Part shown: piece after piece, positions 13,490 to 27,490 of the stretch
Layout of the letters: each line of letters starts with the position of its first letter
How positions within the stretch are numbered: position 1 is the stretch's first letter
Source: Octopus vulgaris
Lineage: Eukaryota
DNA length: 64,000 nt
Assembly (NCBI GenBank): GCA_951406725.2
Contig: OX597817.1
Location: forward strand, 42,098,001 to 42,162,000
Reading direction: 5' to 3'
The notes under the pieces: model-generated
Seen by the model: only the letters and a program-made list of their open reading frames with translations
Database searches by the model: none
What the model was told of the DNA's origin: nothing
Translations under genes and position numbers: made by a program

Positions 13490-13877
13490 TATACTGGATT
13501 CTGGATTGAGGGTAAGATCTAGGAAATTGACAGACTTTAGTTGTGTTTCTACTGTAAGATCAACTTTTTTAAGAAGTGATGTAGTTCTCTTCTAACTCTA
13601 AATTTACCATTCTTTTTGTGGGTTATAATTTCTTAGTAGGAGTAGACCATTATCCCTATATAGACCATCAGAGATAGATAGGCATTTGTTAAGTTTTCTA
13701 ATGTATAAAAGGTCAACAATGTTGCTTACCCCTGTCGAGTCATTTGATCCAAAGCTTACACCAAATGGTTCTTCAGTGTTTTTCTTAATCCAGAAAACAT
13801 CATTGTAGAAGAGCAATTTCTTTGCTTGTGGTATTCTTTCTACACACAATCACACGCACACAACACACACACACATG

Positions 13878-13935
<58 letters not shown>

Positions 13936-13939
13936 TGTA

Positions 13940-14100
13940 TATATGATGGGCTTCCATGCTGTTTCTGTGTTTCTGTCTACGAAATTAACTAACAAGGCAT
14001 AAACCAGCCAAAACCATAGTAGATGATATTTGTCCAAGGTGTCACATGGTGGGATAGAACCCAAAACCACATGGTTACAGAGCAAGCTTCTAAACCACAC
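13940..14100 (-). mobile_element. SINE family B, decayed head
   Basis: gatgggcttc..tgtctac..acaaggc..ttgtccaaggtgtcac..gggatagaaccc. Confidence 0.6.
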
Positions 14101-14366
14101 ACCCACATCTGTACACACACACCCAAACCTGCATACACCCACATCTGTACACACACACACACACACACACAAAATAATAATAACTACAAGTGCCTTATGT
14201 TTTTCTCAAGCTGTGTTTTTATTTAATAAATTACATAAGTTGACGGCATATTATAAAAAATGGTCTACCATTTGTGAAGGACACATTTAGGAGAAGAGTC
14301 AAGACTAGTTAACGGAGATAGCAATAACTAAAGCTTCAAACAACATATTGACAGAATAATACATAC

Positions 14367-14440
14367 CAAATGATAAATATAGACTACGGTAGAGGGTGAA
14401 AATGGAAGAAGGAAAAAATATCGAATCAACGGAATGAAAC
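14367..14440 (-). CDS. Candidate internal exon (74 nt): (G)FIPLIRYFFLLPFSPSTVVYIYHL
   Basis: Branch-like attaac plus polypyrimidine ctctttcctgtcttctt, but a rare GAG acceptor; good donor G|GTATGT; phase 0 joins 7331 in frame. A second frame is also open. Confidence 0.27.
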
Positions 14441-14525
14441 CTCAAGAAGACAGGAAAGAGTTGTTAATCTATATGTGATCTTGTGTTGTTTTATCACCGT
14501 GAGGAAGAGATAGTATCATTATGAT

Positions 14526-15977
<1,452 letters not shown>

Positions 15978-15994
15978 CTCTTTTCTCTTTTACT

Positions 15995-16385
15995 CTTTTA
16001 CTTGTTTCAGTCATTTGACTGCGGCCATGCTGGAGCACCGCCTTTAGTCGAGCAAATCAACCCCGGGACTTATTCTTTGTAAGCCCAGTACTTATTCTAT
16101 CGGTCTCTTTTTGCCGAACCGCTAAGTGACGGGGACATAAACACACCAGCATCGGTTGTCAAACACAGACACACAAACACACACACACACACACATACAT
16201 ATATATATATACATATATACGACAGGCTTCTTTCAGTTTCCGTCTACCAAATCCACTCACAAGGCATTGGTCGGCCCGGGGCTATAGCAGAAGACACTTG
16301 CCCAAGGTGCCACACAGTGGGACTGAACCCGGAACCATGTGGTTGGTTAGCAAGCTACTTACCACACAGCCACTCCTGCACCTAT
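15995..16385 (-). mobile_element. SINE family B, near full length
   Basis: Minus: aggagtggctgtgtggtaag (A box), gggttcagtccc (B box), CORE-like ccttgggcaagtgtctt, internal (TA)(TG) tract, tail gactgaaacaagtaaaagag. Confidence 0.9.
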
Positions 16386-16386
16386 A

Positions 16387-16417
<31 letters not shown>

Positions 16418-16549
16418 ATATACACAAACACATATATATACATGTATATTTACATTGATATATGTATATATATAGTACATACATATAGAGATACCCACAC
16501 ACACACATACATACATACATCCATACACACATACATACCTACTCTTTTA

Positions 16550-16970
16550 CTCTTTTACTTGTTTCAGTCATTTTGACTGCGGCCATGCTGGAGCACCGCC
16601 TTTAGTCGAGCAACTCGACCCCGGCACTTATTCTTTGTAAGCCCAGTACTTATTCTATCGGTCTCTTTTGCCGAACTGCTAAGTGACGGGGACATAAACA
16701 CACCAGCATCGGTTGTCAAGCAATGCTAGAGGGACAAACACAGACACACAAACACATACACACAAACATACATGCACATATATATGTATATATATACATA
16801 TATACGATGGGCTTCTTTCAGTTTCTGTCTACCAAATCCGCTCACAAGGCTTTGGTCGGCCCGAGGCTATAATAGAAGACACTTGTCCAAGGTGCCACGC
16901 AGTGGGACTGAACCCGGAACCATGTGGTTGGTAAACAAGCTACTTACCACATAGCCACTCCTACGCCTGC
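16550..16970 (-). mobile_element. SINE family B, full length, tandem to previous copy
   Basis: Same structure as 15995-16385. Confidence 0.9.
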
Positions 16971-17250
16971 ATATGTATACTATGCATGTATTCATTTGTT
17001 CAAACATTCCTTTTTATGTACATTTTTCCATGCAAGCATGTGTTAGATTAATATATTATCAAGGCAATGTTTTGCAGCCAGATGCCTCTACTGCCAGCAA
17101 CCCTTAACTTTTTTTTTAAATAAGCAATCACTTATTCCACACAAGCAAATGATTAATTTCCTGATGGAGGAAATGGCAACAACATCACATCCCATAGCTC
17201 AGCGATTCTTTGAAGAAGGGCATATGGAAAATGAGTACACACCTATAATT

Positions 17251-17648
17251 CTTTTCTACTCTAGGCACAAAGCTCGAAATATTGGGGGAGGGTTCAGTTG
17301 ATTAGATCGACCCCAGTACACAACTGGCACTTAATTTATCAATCCCAAAAGCAAGAATGGCAAAGTCAATCTCAGCGGAATTTGAACTCAGAACGTAGCG
17401 GCAGACGAAATACCTATTTCTTTACTACCCACAAGGGGCTAAACACAGAGGGGACAAACAAAGACAGACAAATGAATTAAGTCGATTATATCGACTCCAG
17501 TTCGTAACTTGTACTTATTTAATCGATCCCGAAAGGATGAAAGGCAAAGTCGACCTCGGTGGAATTTGAACTCAGAACGTAGCGGCAGACGAAATACCGC
17601 GAAGCATTTCACCCGGCGTGCTAACGTTTCTGCCTGCTTGCCACCTTC
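17251..17648 (-). mobile_element. SINE family A dimer with a single TSD
   Basis: 14-bp TSD acacacctataatt at 17237-17250 and 17649-17662; two cores, one head. Confidence 0.9.
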
Positions 17649-18508
17649 ACACACCTATAATTAGATGAGGAAAGGCCACTTAGAAAGAAGGACCTCCACA
17701 GTGATGGAAAGATAATTTAATCAAATAAATTGGGTCAAAATGGAAAAGAATGGTGCAACAAGACAAAATGGTGACCAGCAGTGTATAACAACATCTGTTG
17801 ATCTGATCAATGCTGTGATATTGTGGTGTATATGTGTATCTGTGTGTGTGTGTGTGTGTGTGTGTGTGAGTGAGTTGTCTCTTCTTCTTGTGCAGATGCA
17901 ATTCGACAGCTGCATGAGTCCACTGATTGTCTGTGAACATTGCAACTTGAGCGCCCCATCATAGCTCTACATGGTGGTATTCTGTGACAATGTCCTTCAC
18001 TCCAGGTGTTGGCTATGAAAGGTCTTTGTATATTTTTGCTGGTCATAATTATTCATACCAGTATGTAATTCCTGATGAAGAATCTAAATTTTACTTCATG
18101 AAGAGTTTTTCGTTTTTGTCTCTTTGGAATTAATTAGACTTTGAAACAATTTATAGAATGTATATTGGTTTTGTACCAACTTGGATTATGAATTGAACTA
18201 AAGATCGTCTACATCTACAATTTTTACTTTCTTTATACTTCATTTCTATATATATATATGCCTCACAGAGGCAAGATGGCTGAGTTCCTTTCAAGTGTTG
18301 GGCCTCACAGAGGCAATGACCAAGATCTTTGGCATTATGTCATGCTTCAGAAGAAGACCCTTCAAGCCAAACAAAATCAGAGTCATGGCAGATACTGGTG
18401 TTATGCAAATGGTACATAAAAGCACTCATTACATTCTCAGAGTGGTTGGCATTAGAAAGGGCATCCAGCAGTAGAAAACCATGCCAAATCAGATTCATAT
18501 ACACATTC

Positions 18509-18540
<32 letters not shown>

Positions 18541-18544
18541 ATAA

Positions 18545-18587
<43 letters not shown>

Positions 18588-18621
18588 TATATATATATGT
18601 GTGTATGTATATGTATATATA

Positions 18622-20650
18622 TCATCATCGTTTAACGTCCGTTTTCCGCACTAGCACGGGTTGGACGGTTCGACTGGAGTCTGGGAAGCCAGGGCTACAC
18701 CAGGCTCCAGTCTGATCTGGCAGTGTTTCTACAGCTGGATGCCCTTCCTAACGCCAACCACTCCACGAGTGTAGTGGGTGCTTTTTACGTGCCACCTGCA
18801 CAGGTGCCAGGGGGGGGGGGGTCTGGCATCGGCCACGATCAGTTGGTGCTTTTAACGTGCCACCGGCACGGAAGCCAGCCAAGGCAGCGCTGGCATCGGC
18901 CACGTTCGGATGGTGCTTTTTATGTGCCACCAGCACAGAAGCCAGTCGAAGTGGGGCTGGCAACGGCCACGTTCGGATGGTGCTTTTTATGTGCCACCGG
19001 CACAGGTACCACAACTACTGTTTCCATTGATATTTGTTTCGACGTTCGTGTACATGTACTTAACTCAACAGGTCTCCTCAAGCACAGCGAGACGTTCCGG
19101 GATCCAAGGTACTTTGAATGGGCAGGGGCTATGCGGAACTGAAGCCGGAAGCGTCCTGGGTCTTTGTAGTCACAGCACATCTCCAGAGATCTTGGTCCTT
19201 CGCCATTGCCTCAGTGAGGCCCAACGCTCTGAGGTCATGCTTGACTACCTCATCCCATGTCTTCCTGGGTCTACCTCTCCCCCTGATTCCTTCAACTGTT
19301 TGGGAGTGGCACTTCTTCACACATCTCTCCTCATCCATCCGCAGTACATGACCATACCATTGCAAGCGTCGCTCTTGCACACCGCATCTGATGCTTCTTA
19401 TGTCTAGCATTTCTCTCAGGGTGCTTACACTCTGTCGTGCATTCACACTGACATTACACATCCAGCGGATCATGCTAGCTTCATTTCTTTCAAGTCTACG
19501 CATATCCTCTGCAGTCACAGCCCATGTTTCACTGCCGTGAAGCATGGCAGTTCGCACACATGCATCATACAATCTACCTTTCACTCTGAGTGAAAGACCC
19601 TTTGTCGCCAGTAGGGGTAGGAGCTTTCTAAACTTTGCCCAGGCTATTCGTATTCTAGTGGTGACACTCTCTGAGCATCCATCTCCACTACTCACTTGGT
19701 CACCCAGGTAGCGGAAACTATCAACTACTTCTAGTTTCTCCCCCTGGAGTGTGATGGAATCTGTTTTCTGCGTATTTGTGGTGTCTATTATCCCTGTGCA
19801 TCTGCCGCACATGAAAGCTATCTTATCAGTTAATTTCCCTTTGATGTTGCTGCACCTCTTATGTATCCATAGCTTACACTGGGTGCATCTTATGGAGTTT
19901 CTACCTACACCTTTCCTACAGATTGAGCAGGGCCACCTGCCTGATGGGGTGTGTGCTGAGTTCGCCTTTCTGCTTACTATAACTTTGGTCTTCGCTATAT
20001 TTATTCTAAGGCCCTTTGATTCTAACCCTTGTTTCCACACCCGAAATTTCTTTTCTAGTTCCGGTAGTGATTCTGCTATGAGAGCCAGGTCATCAGCATA
20101 GAGGAGCTCCCAGGGGCAACCTGTTTTGAATTCCTGTTATTGCCTGGAGGACTATGATTAATAAAAGGGGACTGAGGGCTGAGCCTTGGTGTACACCTAC
20201 TTCTACCTGGAATTCTTCTCTATATTCGTTGCCAATCCTAACCTTGCTGACAGCCTCTCTGTATAGAGCCTGTACAGCCCTTATTAGCCATTCGTCAATC
20301 TCCAGTTTCCGCATCGACTACCAGATAAGGGATCGGGGAACCCTGTCAAAGGCTTTCTCCAAGTCCACAAAAGCTATGTAGAGGGGTTTATCTTTAGCTA
20401 GGTACTTCTCCTGCAGTTGTCGGACCAGGAATATAGCATCAGTGGTGCTTCTACCCGGCACAAAACCGAACTGTATCTCATTTAAGCAAATTCTCTCCCT
20501 AATGAGATGGGTTATGACCCTCTCTGTGACTTTCATCACCTGATCCAACAGTTTAATACCCCTGTAGTTAGTTCTATCTAGAGCATCACCCTTACCCTTG
20601 TAGCAGTTGACTATGGTGCTGCTATGCCAGTCATTGGGTATGACTCCATT
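18622..20650 (-). mobile_element. 5'-truncated RTE-clade LINE (RT pseudogene plus 3' UTR)
   Basis: [52 protein letters not shown]-like insert, [28 protein letters not shown]. Stop at ~20318, frameshift at ~20135; tail ends gttaaacgatgatg. Confidence 0.95.
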
Positions 20651-21384
20651 ATGATATATATGTATGTATGTATGTACATATATATATATCTATGTCACTA
20701 TGTATATATATGTATGTATATATACATCCATTATATATATGTGTATATATATATATATCTTTCTCCTGCTTCTTATCATTCCATTGTCTCCCCTGGCAGA
20801 GTATCTATAGTTTGAACAACTGTAGTGCTCTCTCTCATTGAATGAAACTATTGGTAGCCTTGAAATAAATACTTATCCACTAATGCATTGTTGAGCAGTC
20901 ATTCTCACCACTTCGAAGTACACACACACACACACAAACAGACATGTATATATATATATTTTCCTCCTTCACCCCTCATCATCAACATCCCTATTTTATG
21001 TCTGCTTTTCCATGCTGCCATTGGTTTGGATAAATTCTCATAAATCAGGTCTGTTTCTATTTGGAGTTATACTTGTCTTAGATAAGCTGGGAACTACCCC
21101 TCACATGTACATTCCAGTATGGCATACAATCACCAACCACTTTACAAGGAGCACTATATCATTTTATCATGGCTCCAGCATAAGAGAGGTTACTTTGTCT
21201 CTAGCGAGACAAAAGTATTGCCTCTAACTTGTGTTGTTTCTAGTCATCAGCTAACCACATTGCAGAATATACTGAATGTTCTGGTTGCATTTTTAATCAT
21301 AGCTCTGACACAAGAGAAATTCTGTTATTCCAGCATGACTAAATATTTCTCTGTCCTTTACATTGTCTCATTTTGTTTGTTCAC

Positions 21385-21722
21385 TAGGTAGAGTGGCTCT
21401 GAAAGGGGTCTCAGGGAGTAGTGTCCCTGCCTTCCTGTGCTAGTTTTCCACCACATTTCTTAAAAATCATGGTAGAAGCCTTGGTTTCGGGACCATTCAT
21501 GCTTAGAAACTGAGGTTGGGGGTAAGCAAAGGCCAGCTCCCCATAGAAAATCCAGCTCCAGAAATGCCTCATGATAACCAAGGAGAATGGGCACCAGCCA
21601 GCCCAAAGGTTGGGGTGGGCTGTGCCTGCCTACCTCAGTTATTATGGCATTGAGGTATATCTGGCCACACCCGTTAATGGGGGACAAAACTCGATTTAAA
21701 ACACTGGCTGATGATGATGATG
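21385..21722 (+). mobile_element. Probable non-autonomous retroposon ending in (GAT)n
   Basis: GC-richer island ending gatttaaaacactggctgatgatgatgatga, an RTE-like tail. Single copy here, so family not established. Confidence 0.35.
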
Positions 21723-22329
21723 ACTGGCATCAGAAGGCTATCTCATCTCTGACAAGTGAAACAGAACATGATAAAGGTGAACCAAAATGCAAATATGATA
21801 GAGGAAAGAGCAAAAGACGAGAGAGTTATTTTTGGTATAGAAATTGAATGAAGACAGCATAAGCAGGATAGCAAACAAAGAAGGAGCGATGAGAAGAAAA
21901 CAGGGTGTTAGAAGAGGGAAAACTGGAAGTGAGGGAGTGATGAGAGAAGATGATGTGGGAGAAAGAGAAAGCAATGAAGGTCTACAACATGGGAGTGAGA
22001 GAAGAGAGAGAGAGTAATGGTAAATAATAGAGAGGTATGTGTGTGCAGTGTGTCTTTGTATGAGCATATGTGCATATGTACATGTTTTTTTCTCTCTCTC
22101 TCTCTCTAACATATGTATATATGTTAATATATGTCCATACATACACACACACACATGCATGCACGCACATATACATCTGTCAGACCATCAAAATACGTGG
22201 GTGCATTGATTTTCATGTCTGTGTATGTGTGCACGTGAGTGTGTGTGTTTGTGTATGCTTGCATATAAACACATATATACACATACATATATATTTCTAT
22301 GAATTTATATACATATATATATGTGTATA

Positions 22330-22378
<49 letters not shown>

Positions 22379-23498
22379 AGTTACATATATATGTACAGGT
22401 ATATGTATATGTGTATGTGTATATATATGTGTGTGAGTATATGTGTGCGTGTGTATATGTATGTACGTATGTATGTACGTATGTATGCACCCATGCATGT
22501 GCACACACATACACACACACCACACACACCAAATGAATATGAAACAAAAGATAAATTAAGTAACTTGCAATGGCGTTTCTAATGCTAAATTATTTTCTGC
22601 ATTCTTATATAATTTTAACAATTCTTCTCTTCCCTTCTCTCCTTTATCACTCACCTCTCCATTTTTGTCTCTCTTTATCTTCTCCTCATTGCTCCTCATC
22701 TTCTTTATTCTCCCAATCCCTCTTTTTCTCATTCTTTCTATCTTTCATTTTAAATATTTATTTGACCGATCTCTGATTTTTTCCGTGATAATAGAACATA
22801 GCTCAAGGACTGTTACAGAATTAATGCTCTGAAGGAAATGTTGATGTGAGTAAAAGCATATATCTTCATTTTTCTCCCTAAATAAACAAATGGTAAATAT
22901 TTTGTTGGATGATATTTTTGGTCAATACAGGAGGGAATATATGTATATGTTTTTATTTAGAGAAATTTCTATGCTGTCAATGACTATTTAAAGCTGTATG
23001 AAAAGTTGGTAAAGATTTAACAAAGCAATAAAGACAAGATGCAATGCATTTTAGTGGATTGCAGTTGATAACAGTATGAGTGTGAGGTAGGAAATGGAGA
23101 GAAAGAAGAGGAAGGATGTGACAAGAAGAGGAAAAAGAAAGCAATGTAAGTGCATAAATATAATCAGCAGTAATGACCCAAGAGACCTTATTCTTGAAAG
23201 TCTTGCTATATCAAAGATTATTGTTGGTTAGAAGGTGGTAGTCCTGGTGAAATCAGTTGAGCACCAGACTCAATGCATTGTGATACTACATGTTGTCACT
23301 TTATATTCTGGGGTTAAATCCTCTTGAAGTCAGCTTTGTCTTTCATTATTCCGGGGTTGATAAAATAAAAGTACCGGTCACATACTGGTGATCAGTTCAG
23401 TTGACTTTATAACCTCGTATGAAATTTGTCACTTCATGCCAGTACAAGACATCAATGTAAAGCTATCAATTAAAGTAAATTATACATATCCCTTTGTA

Positions 23499-23805
23499 GA
23501 GACACATGGCCTAGTGGCTAAAGCAGTGGACTCAAGGTCGAGGGATCACGGGTTCAAATTTCAGACCGGGCGATGTGTGTGTTTATGAGCGAAACACCTA
23601 AGCTCCACGCGGCTCCGGCAGAAGATAATGGTGAACATCTGCTGACTCTTTCGCCACAACTCTCCCTCACTCTTTCCTTCTGCATCTAGCAGCTCACCTG
23701 TGACGGACCAGCATCCCATCCAGGTGGGGAACCTATACGCCAAGCAAACTGGGGAAACTGGCCCTTATGAGACAGGCATGGCTCATGAAGGAACAAGCAA
23801 CAACA
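23499..23805 (+). mobile_element. tRNA-derived SINE with V-domain-like core
   Basis: A box tggcctagtgg, B box gggttcaaatttc, cctgtgacggaccagcatcccatccagg, (CAA) tail; imperfect TSD atacata(t/c)cccttt. Confidence 0.75.
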
Positions 23806-23864
23806 TACATACCCCTTTAAGTCTGGGGTTTTCAGTTAATGATAACAATGATTGTTATTATTGG

Positions 23865-24077
23865 TGATCTGGTAGAGTCATTAGGATGCCAGGTTAAATG
23901 CTTTGTGGCATTTTGTCTGCCTTTACATTTTGAGTTCAATTTCCACCAAGGTCAATTTTGCCTTTCATTCTTTTGGGGGAGGTCAATAAAATAAGTACCA
24001 GCTGAGTACTGGAGGTCAATCTAATCAACTTATCCCCTCCCAAAAAACTGTTGGTCTTGCACCAAAATTTGAAACCA
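23865..24077 (+). mobile_element. SINE family A monomer
   Basis: ggtgatctggtagag..gagttcaattttcc..ttgcctttcattc..ataagtaccag..gcaccaaaatttgaaacc. Confidence 0.75.
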
Positions 24078-24110
24078 TTGTTATTATTATTGTTATTGTT
24101 ATTATTGTTA

Positions 24111-24174
<64 letters not shown>

Positions 24175-24193
24175 TACTACTACTACTATTATT

Positions 24194-24354
24194 GAGTAAG
24201 AGAGAAATACATGCCATCAAATTAACACTGGAGTTAAATATACAGAGCCCAGTATACCCGTCATGACTATCCATCTGTTAAGGGTACACCAGGCACCTGC
24301 ATTACAACCATATGTGTGCGACATGGTGATCTGATATCAAGATAAACAGTGCAT
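24194..24354 (-). mobile_element. Family X 3' fragment in (TTA)n
   Basis: Reverse complement of the 10935-11094 segment. Confidence 0.8.
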
Positions 24355-24368
24355 CATTATTATTATTA

Positions 24369-25206
24369 TTCAGTAGTTTTATTTTTATAGCGTGCTTTCA
24401 CTTCACTACTGAGCGCAGCTCTGTGTGCCTTGGGTATGTGCTGTGATTTGTTGTGATGCTCTGATGGTTATTGTATGGAAAGTGTTCTGCGTAGGATGTG
24501 TGCAGTGCCTAGTAGTGCAATTTTCTGTATGTTATATGTGTTTGTAAGTCCTGGTGTTTTTGTTATGTATTTGTCTGAATATTTTTTTATCATGCCTAAT
24601 GCACCTACTATGATAGGAATTGTTTCTGTTTTCAGGTTCCACATTCTAGTTACCTCTATTTCCAGGTCTTTGTATTTTGAGAGTTTCTCCATTTCTTTTA
24701 GAGACACGTTGTCATCTGCTGGTATTGATACATCAATTAGAAAGCATTTTTTTTCTTCATGATCTCTGACAACTATATCTGGTCTGCTGGCCTTAATTTC
24801 TCTATCTGTGTGTATCGGCATATCCCAGAGTATGGTTGCTTTCTCGTTTTCTGTGACCTTTTCTGGTGTGTGCCTATACCATCTTTTTTCTGTTGTTATT
24901 CCATAATGTTGGCATAGCTTCCAATGTATGTAGGTTCCAACTCTGTCATGTCTGTGAATATATTCCTTCTTAGCCAGGACTGGGCAGCTAGAGATAATAT
25001 GATTTATTGTTTCTTGTCCATCTCCACATATTCTGCAGTTACTTGTAATATTTCTTTTCATTACATGTTTTTGGTAATTTCTGGTGGGGAGGCTTTGGTC
25101 TTGTGCTGCAATTAAAAATCCCTCTGTTTCTGCTTTGAGCCCTGAGCTTCTCAACCATTGCTGGGATTTTTCTTTGTCTATTTCTTTTGCGTTTAGTTTA
25201 GTGCAG
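24369..25206 (-). mobile_element. 5'-truncated R4/Dong-like element; retained ORF uninterrupted (24468 to ~25205)
   Basis: ETEGFLIAAQDQ, CRICG..HIISSC, RHD, RPD, LIDV, EKLSKYKDL, PIIVGALG, GTAHILRRTLSIQ*; flanked by (TTA)n. Confidence 0.95.
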
Positions 25207-25281
25207 TTATTATTGTTATTATTATTATTATTGTTATTATTGTTATTATCATTATTATTATTATTATTATCATTATTATTA

Positions 25282-25337
<56 letters not shown>

Positions 25338-25394
25338 ATTATTATTATTATTGTTGTTATTGTTGTTGTTGTTATTATTATTATTGTTATTATT

Positions 25395-25436
<42 letters not shown>

Positions 25437-25473
25437 GTTATTGTTATTGTTATTGTTACTATTATTATAATTA

Positions 25474-25995
25474 TTCAGTAGTTTTATTGTTATAGCGTGC
25501 TTTCACTTCACTACCGAGTGCAGCTCTGTGTGCCTTGGGTATGTGCTGTGATTTGTTGTGATGCTCTGATGGTTATTGTATGGAAAGTGTTCTGCGTAGG
25601 ATGTGTGCAGTGCCTAGTAGTGCAATTTTCTGTATGTTATATGTGTTTGTAAGTCCTGGTGTTTTTGTTATGTATTTGTCTGAATATTTTTTTATCATGC
25701 CTAATGCACCTACTATGATAGGAATTGTTTCTGTTTTCAGATTCCACATTCTAGTTACCTCTATTTCCAGGTCTTTGTATTTTGAGAGTTTCTCCATTTC
25801 TTTTAGAGACACGTTGTCATCTGCCGGTATTGATACATCAATTAGAAAGCATTTTTTTTCTTCATGATCTCTGACAACTATATCTGGTCTGTTGGCCTTA
25901 ATTTCTCTATCTGTGTGTATCGGCATATCCCAGAGTATGGTTGCTTTCTCGTTTTCTGTGACCTTTTCTGGTGTGTGCCTATACCATCTTTTTTC

Positions 25996-25999
<4 letters not shown>
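25474..25999 (-). mobile_element. 5'-truncated R4/Dong-like element
   Basis: Same 3' end; ORF 25573-25926 is the RLE domain. Confidence 0.95.
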
Positions 26000-26024
<25 letters not shown>

Positions 26025-26029
<5 letters not shown>

Positions 26030-26944
26030 TAGTTTTATTTTTATAGCGTGCTTTCACTTCACTACCGAGCGCAGCTCTGTGTGCCTTGGGTATGTGCTGT
26101 GATTTGTTGTGATACTCTGATGGTTATTGTATGGAAAGTGTTCTGCGTAGGATGTGTGCAGTGCCTAGTAGTGCAATTTTCTGTATGTTATATGTGTTTG
26201 TAAATCCTGGTGTTTTTGTTATGTATTTGTCTGAATATTTTTTTTTCATGCCTAATGCACCTACTATGATAGGAATTGTTTCTGTTTTCAGGTTCCACAT
26301 TCTAGTTATCTCTATTTCCAGGTCTTTGTATTTTGAGAGTTTCTCCATTTCTTTTAGAGACACGTTGTCATCTGCCGGTATTGATACATCAATTAGAAAG
26401 CATTTTTTTCTTCATGATCTCTGACAACTATATCTGGTCTGTTGGCCTTAATTTCTCTATCTGTGTGTATCAGCATATCCCAGAGTATGGTTGCTTTCTC
26501 GTTTTCTGTGACCTTTTCTGGTGTGTGCCTATACCATCTTTTTTCTGTTGTTATTCCATAATGTTGGCATAGCTTCCAATGTATGTAGGTTCCAACTCTG
26601 TCATGTCTGTGAATATATTCCTTCTTAGCCAGGACTGGGCAGCTAGAGATAATATGATTTATTGTTTCTTGTCCATCTCCACATATTCTGCAGTTACTTG
26701 TAATATTTCTTTTCATTACATGTTTTTGGTAATTTCTGGTGGGGAGGCTTTGGTCTTGTGCTGCAATTAAAAATCCCTCTGTTTCTGCTTTGAGTCCTGA
26801 GCTTCTCAACCATTGCTGGGATTTTTCTTTGTCTATTTCTTTTGCGTTTAGTTTAGTCCAGTATTTACCATGAAGGGGCTTTTCTTGCCATCGTTTTATC
26901 ATGGTTCGTTGCTGTTCTATTTTTAGTTTGGATTTCATTTGTTT
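26025..26944 (-). mobile_element. 5'-truncated R4/Dong-like element, longest copy
   Basis: WQEKPLHGKY..ETEG..CCHC..RLE; frameshift in the T-run near 26405. Confidence 0.95.
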
Positions 26945-26951
26945 ATTATTA

Positions 26952-26982
<31 letters not shown>

Positions 26983-26993
26983 TATTATTTTTA

Positions 26994-27056
<63 letters not shown>

Positions 27057-27058
<2 letters not shown>

Positions 27059-27490
27059 GACGTCACACAGTATATAATATTGTGAGGTTGTTGATTGAAG
27101 ATATTGTGTACTGTTTGTCAAGTCACAAGGACCTCAGACAGACAGTACTTTACACAATATGCATACAGTTCCAAGTAATGTTGACATTTGCAATACATCT
27201 AGATTGTAAGTTATCTCTAAGGTTTTCAGATGGTTTTTTTTTCAGATTGGGTGGTATTGAACCCAATGCTCTGATGACAATAGGGATAAACTTTATGTTC
27301 GCCTCTCGTAGCTGCCACAGCTTAGCAAATTCAATTCTCAGGTCTCCATATTTATCAACCATTTCTCTTTCTTTCATGGTGATATATTGATCTCCTTGAC
27401 ACTGCTACGTCGATTTTTAGGTACTCTTGTTTGTCCCTCTTAAAGGTTACTATATCCGGCCTTCGATGCCCTAACACTTTGTCTGGGAGT
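27057..27490 (-). pseudogene. Divergent RLE retrotransposon 3' fragment ending in (TAA)n
   Basis: RHRRPDIV..IDVAV..KEREMVDKYGDLRIEFAKLW..IPIVIRALGSIP. Confidence 0.8.

Larger units (their letters stand above)
12120..13840 (-). pseudogene. Decayed Penelope-like retroelement (RT, thumb, probable GIY-YIG region)
   Basis: LLFYNDVFWIKK..FGVSFGSNDST..GLYRDNGL (PLE RT motif GLYRDDGL), VNFLDLTL, PKSIVKSLVKNISL..SSLSSN, GCGCR..PL. Split by nested insertions; left boundary uncertain. Confidence 0.75.

Noticed and set aside
18070-18170. Hammerhead-like CTGATGA..GAAAC
   Set aside because: Stem II is imperfect and I could not build stem III/NUH or stem I.
18778-19005. CRISPR-like periodicity (24-nt repeat, ~43-nt spacer), also 30272-30625
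   Set aside because: Spacers resemble each other, the array lies in a LINE 3' UTR, and there are no cas genes in this eukaryotic DNA.
23499-23575. tRNA gene
   Set aside because: A/B boxes are present but there is no convincing acceptor stem, and the sequence continues into a SINE body with tail and TSD. The same applies to the family A and B heads.
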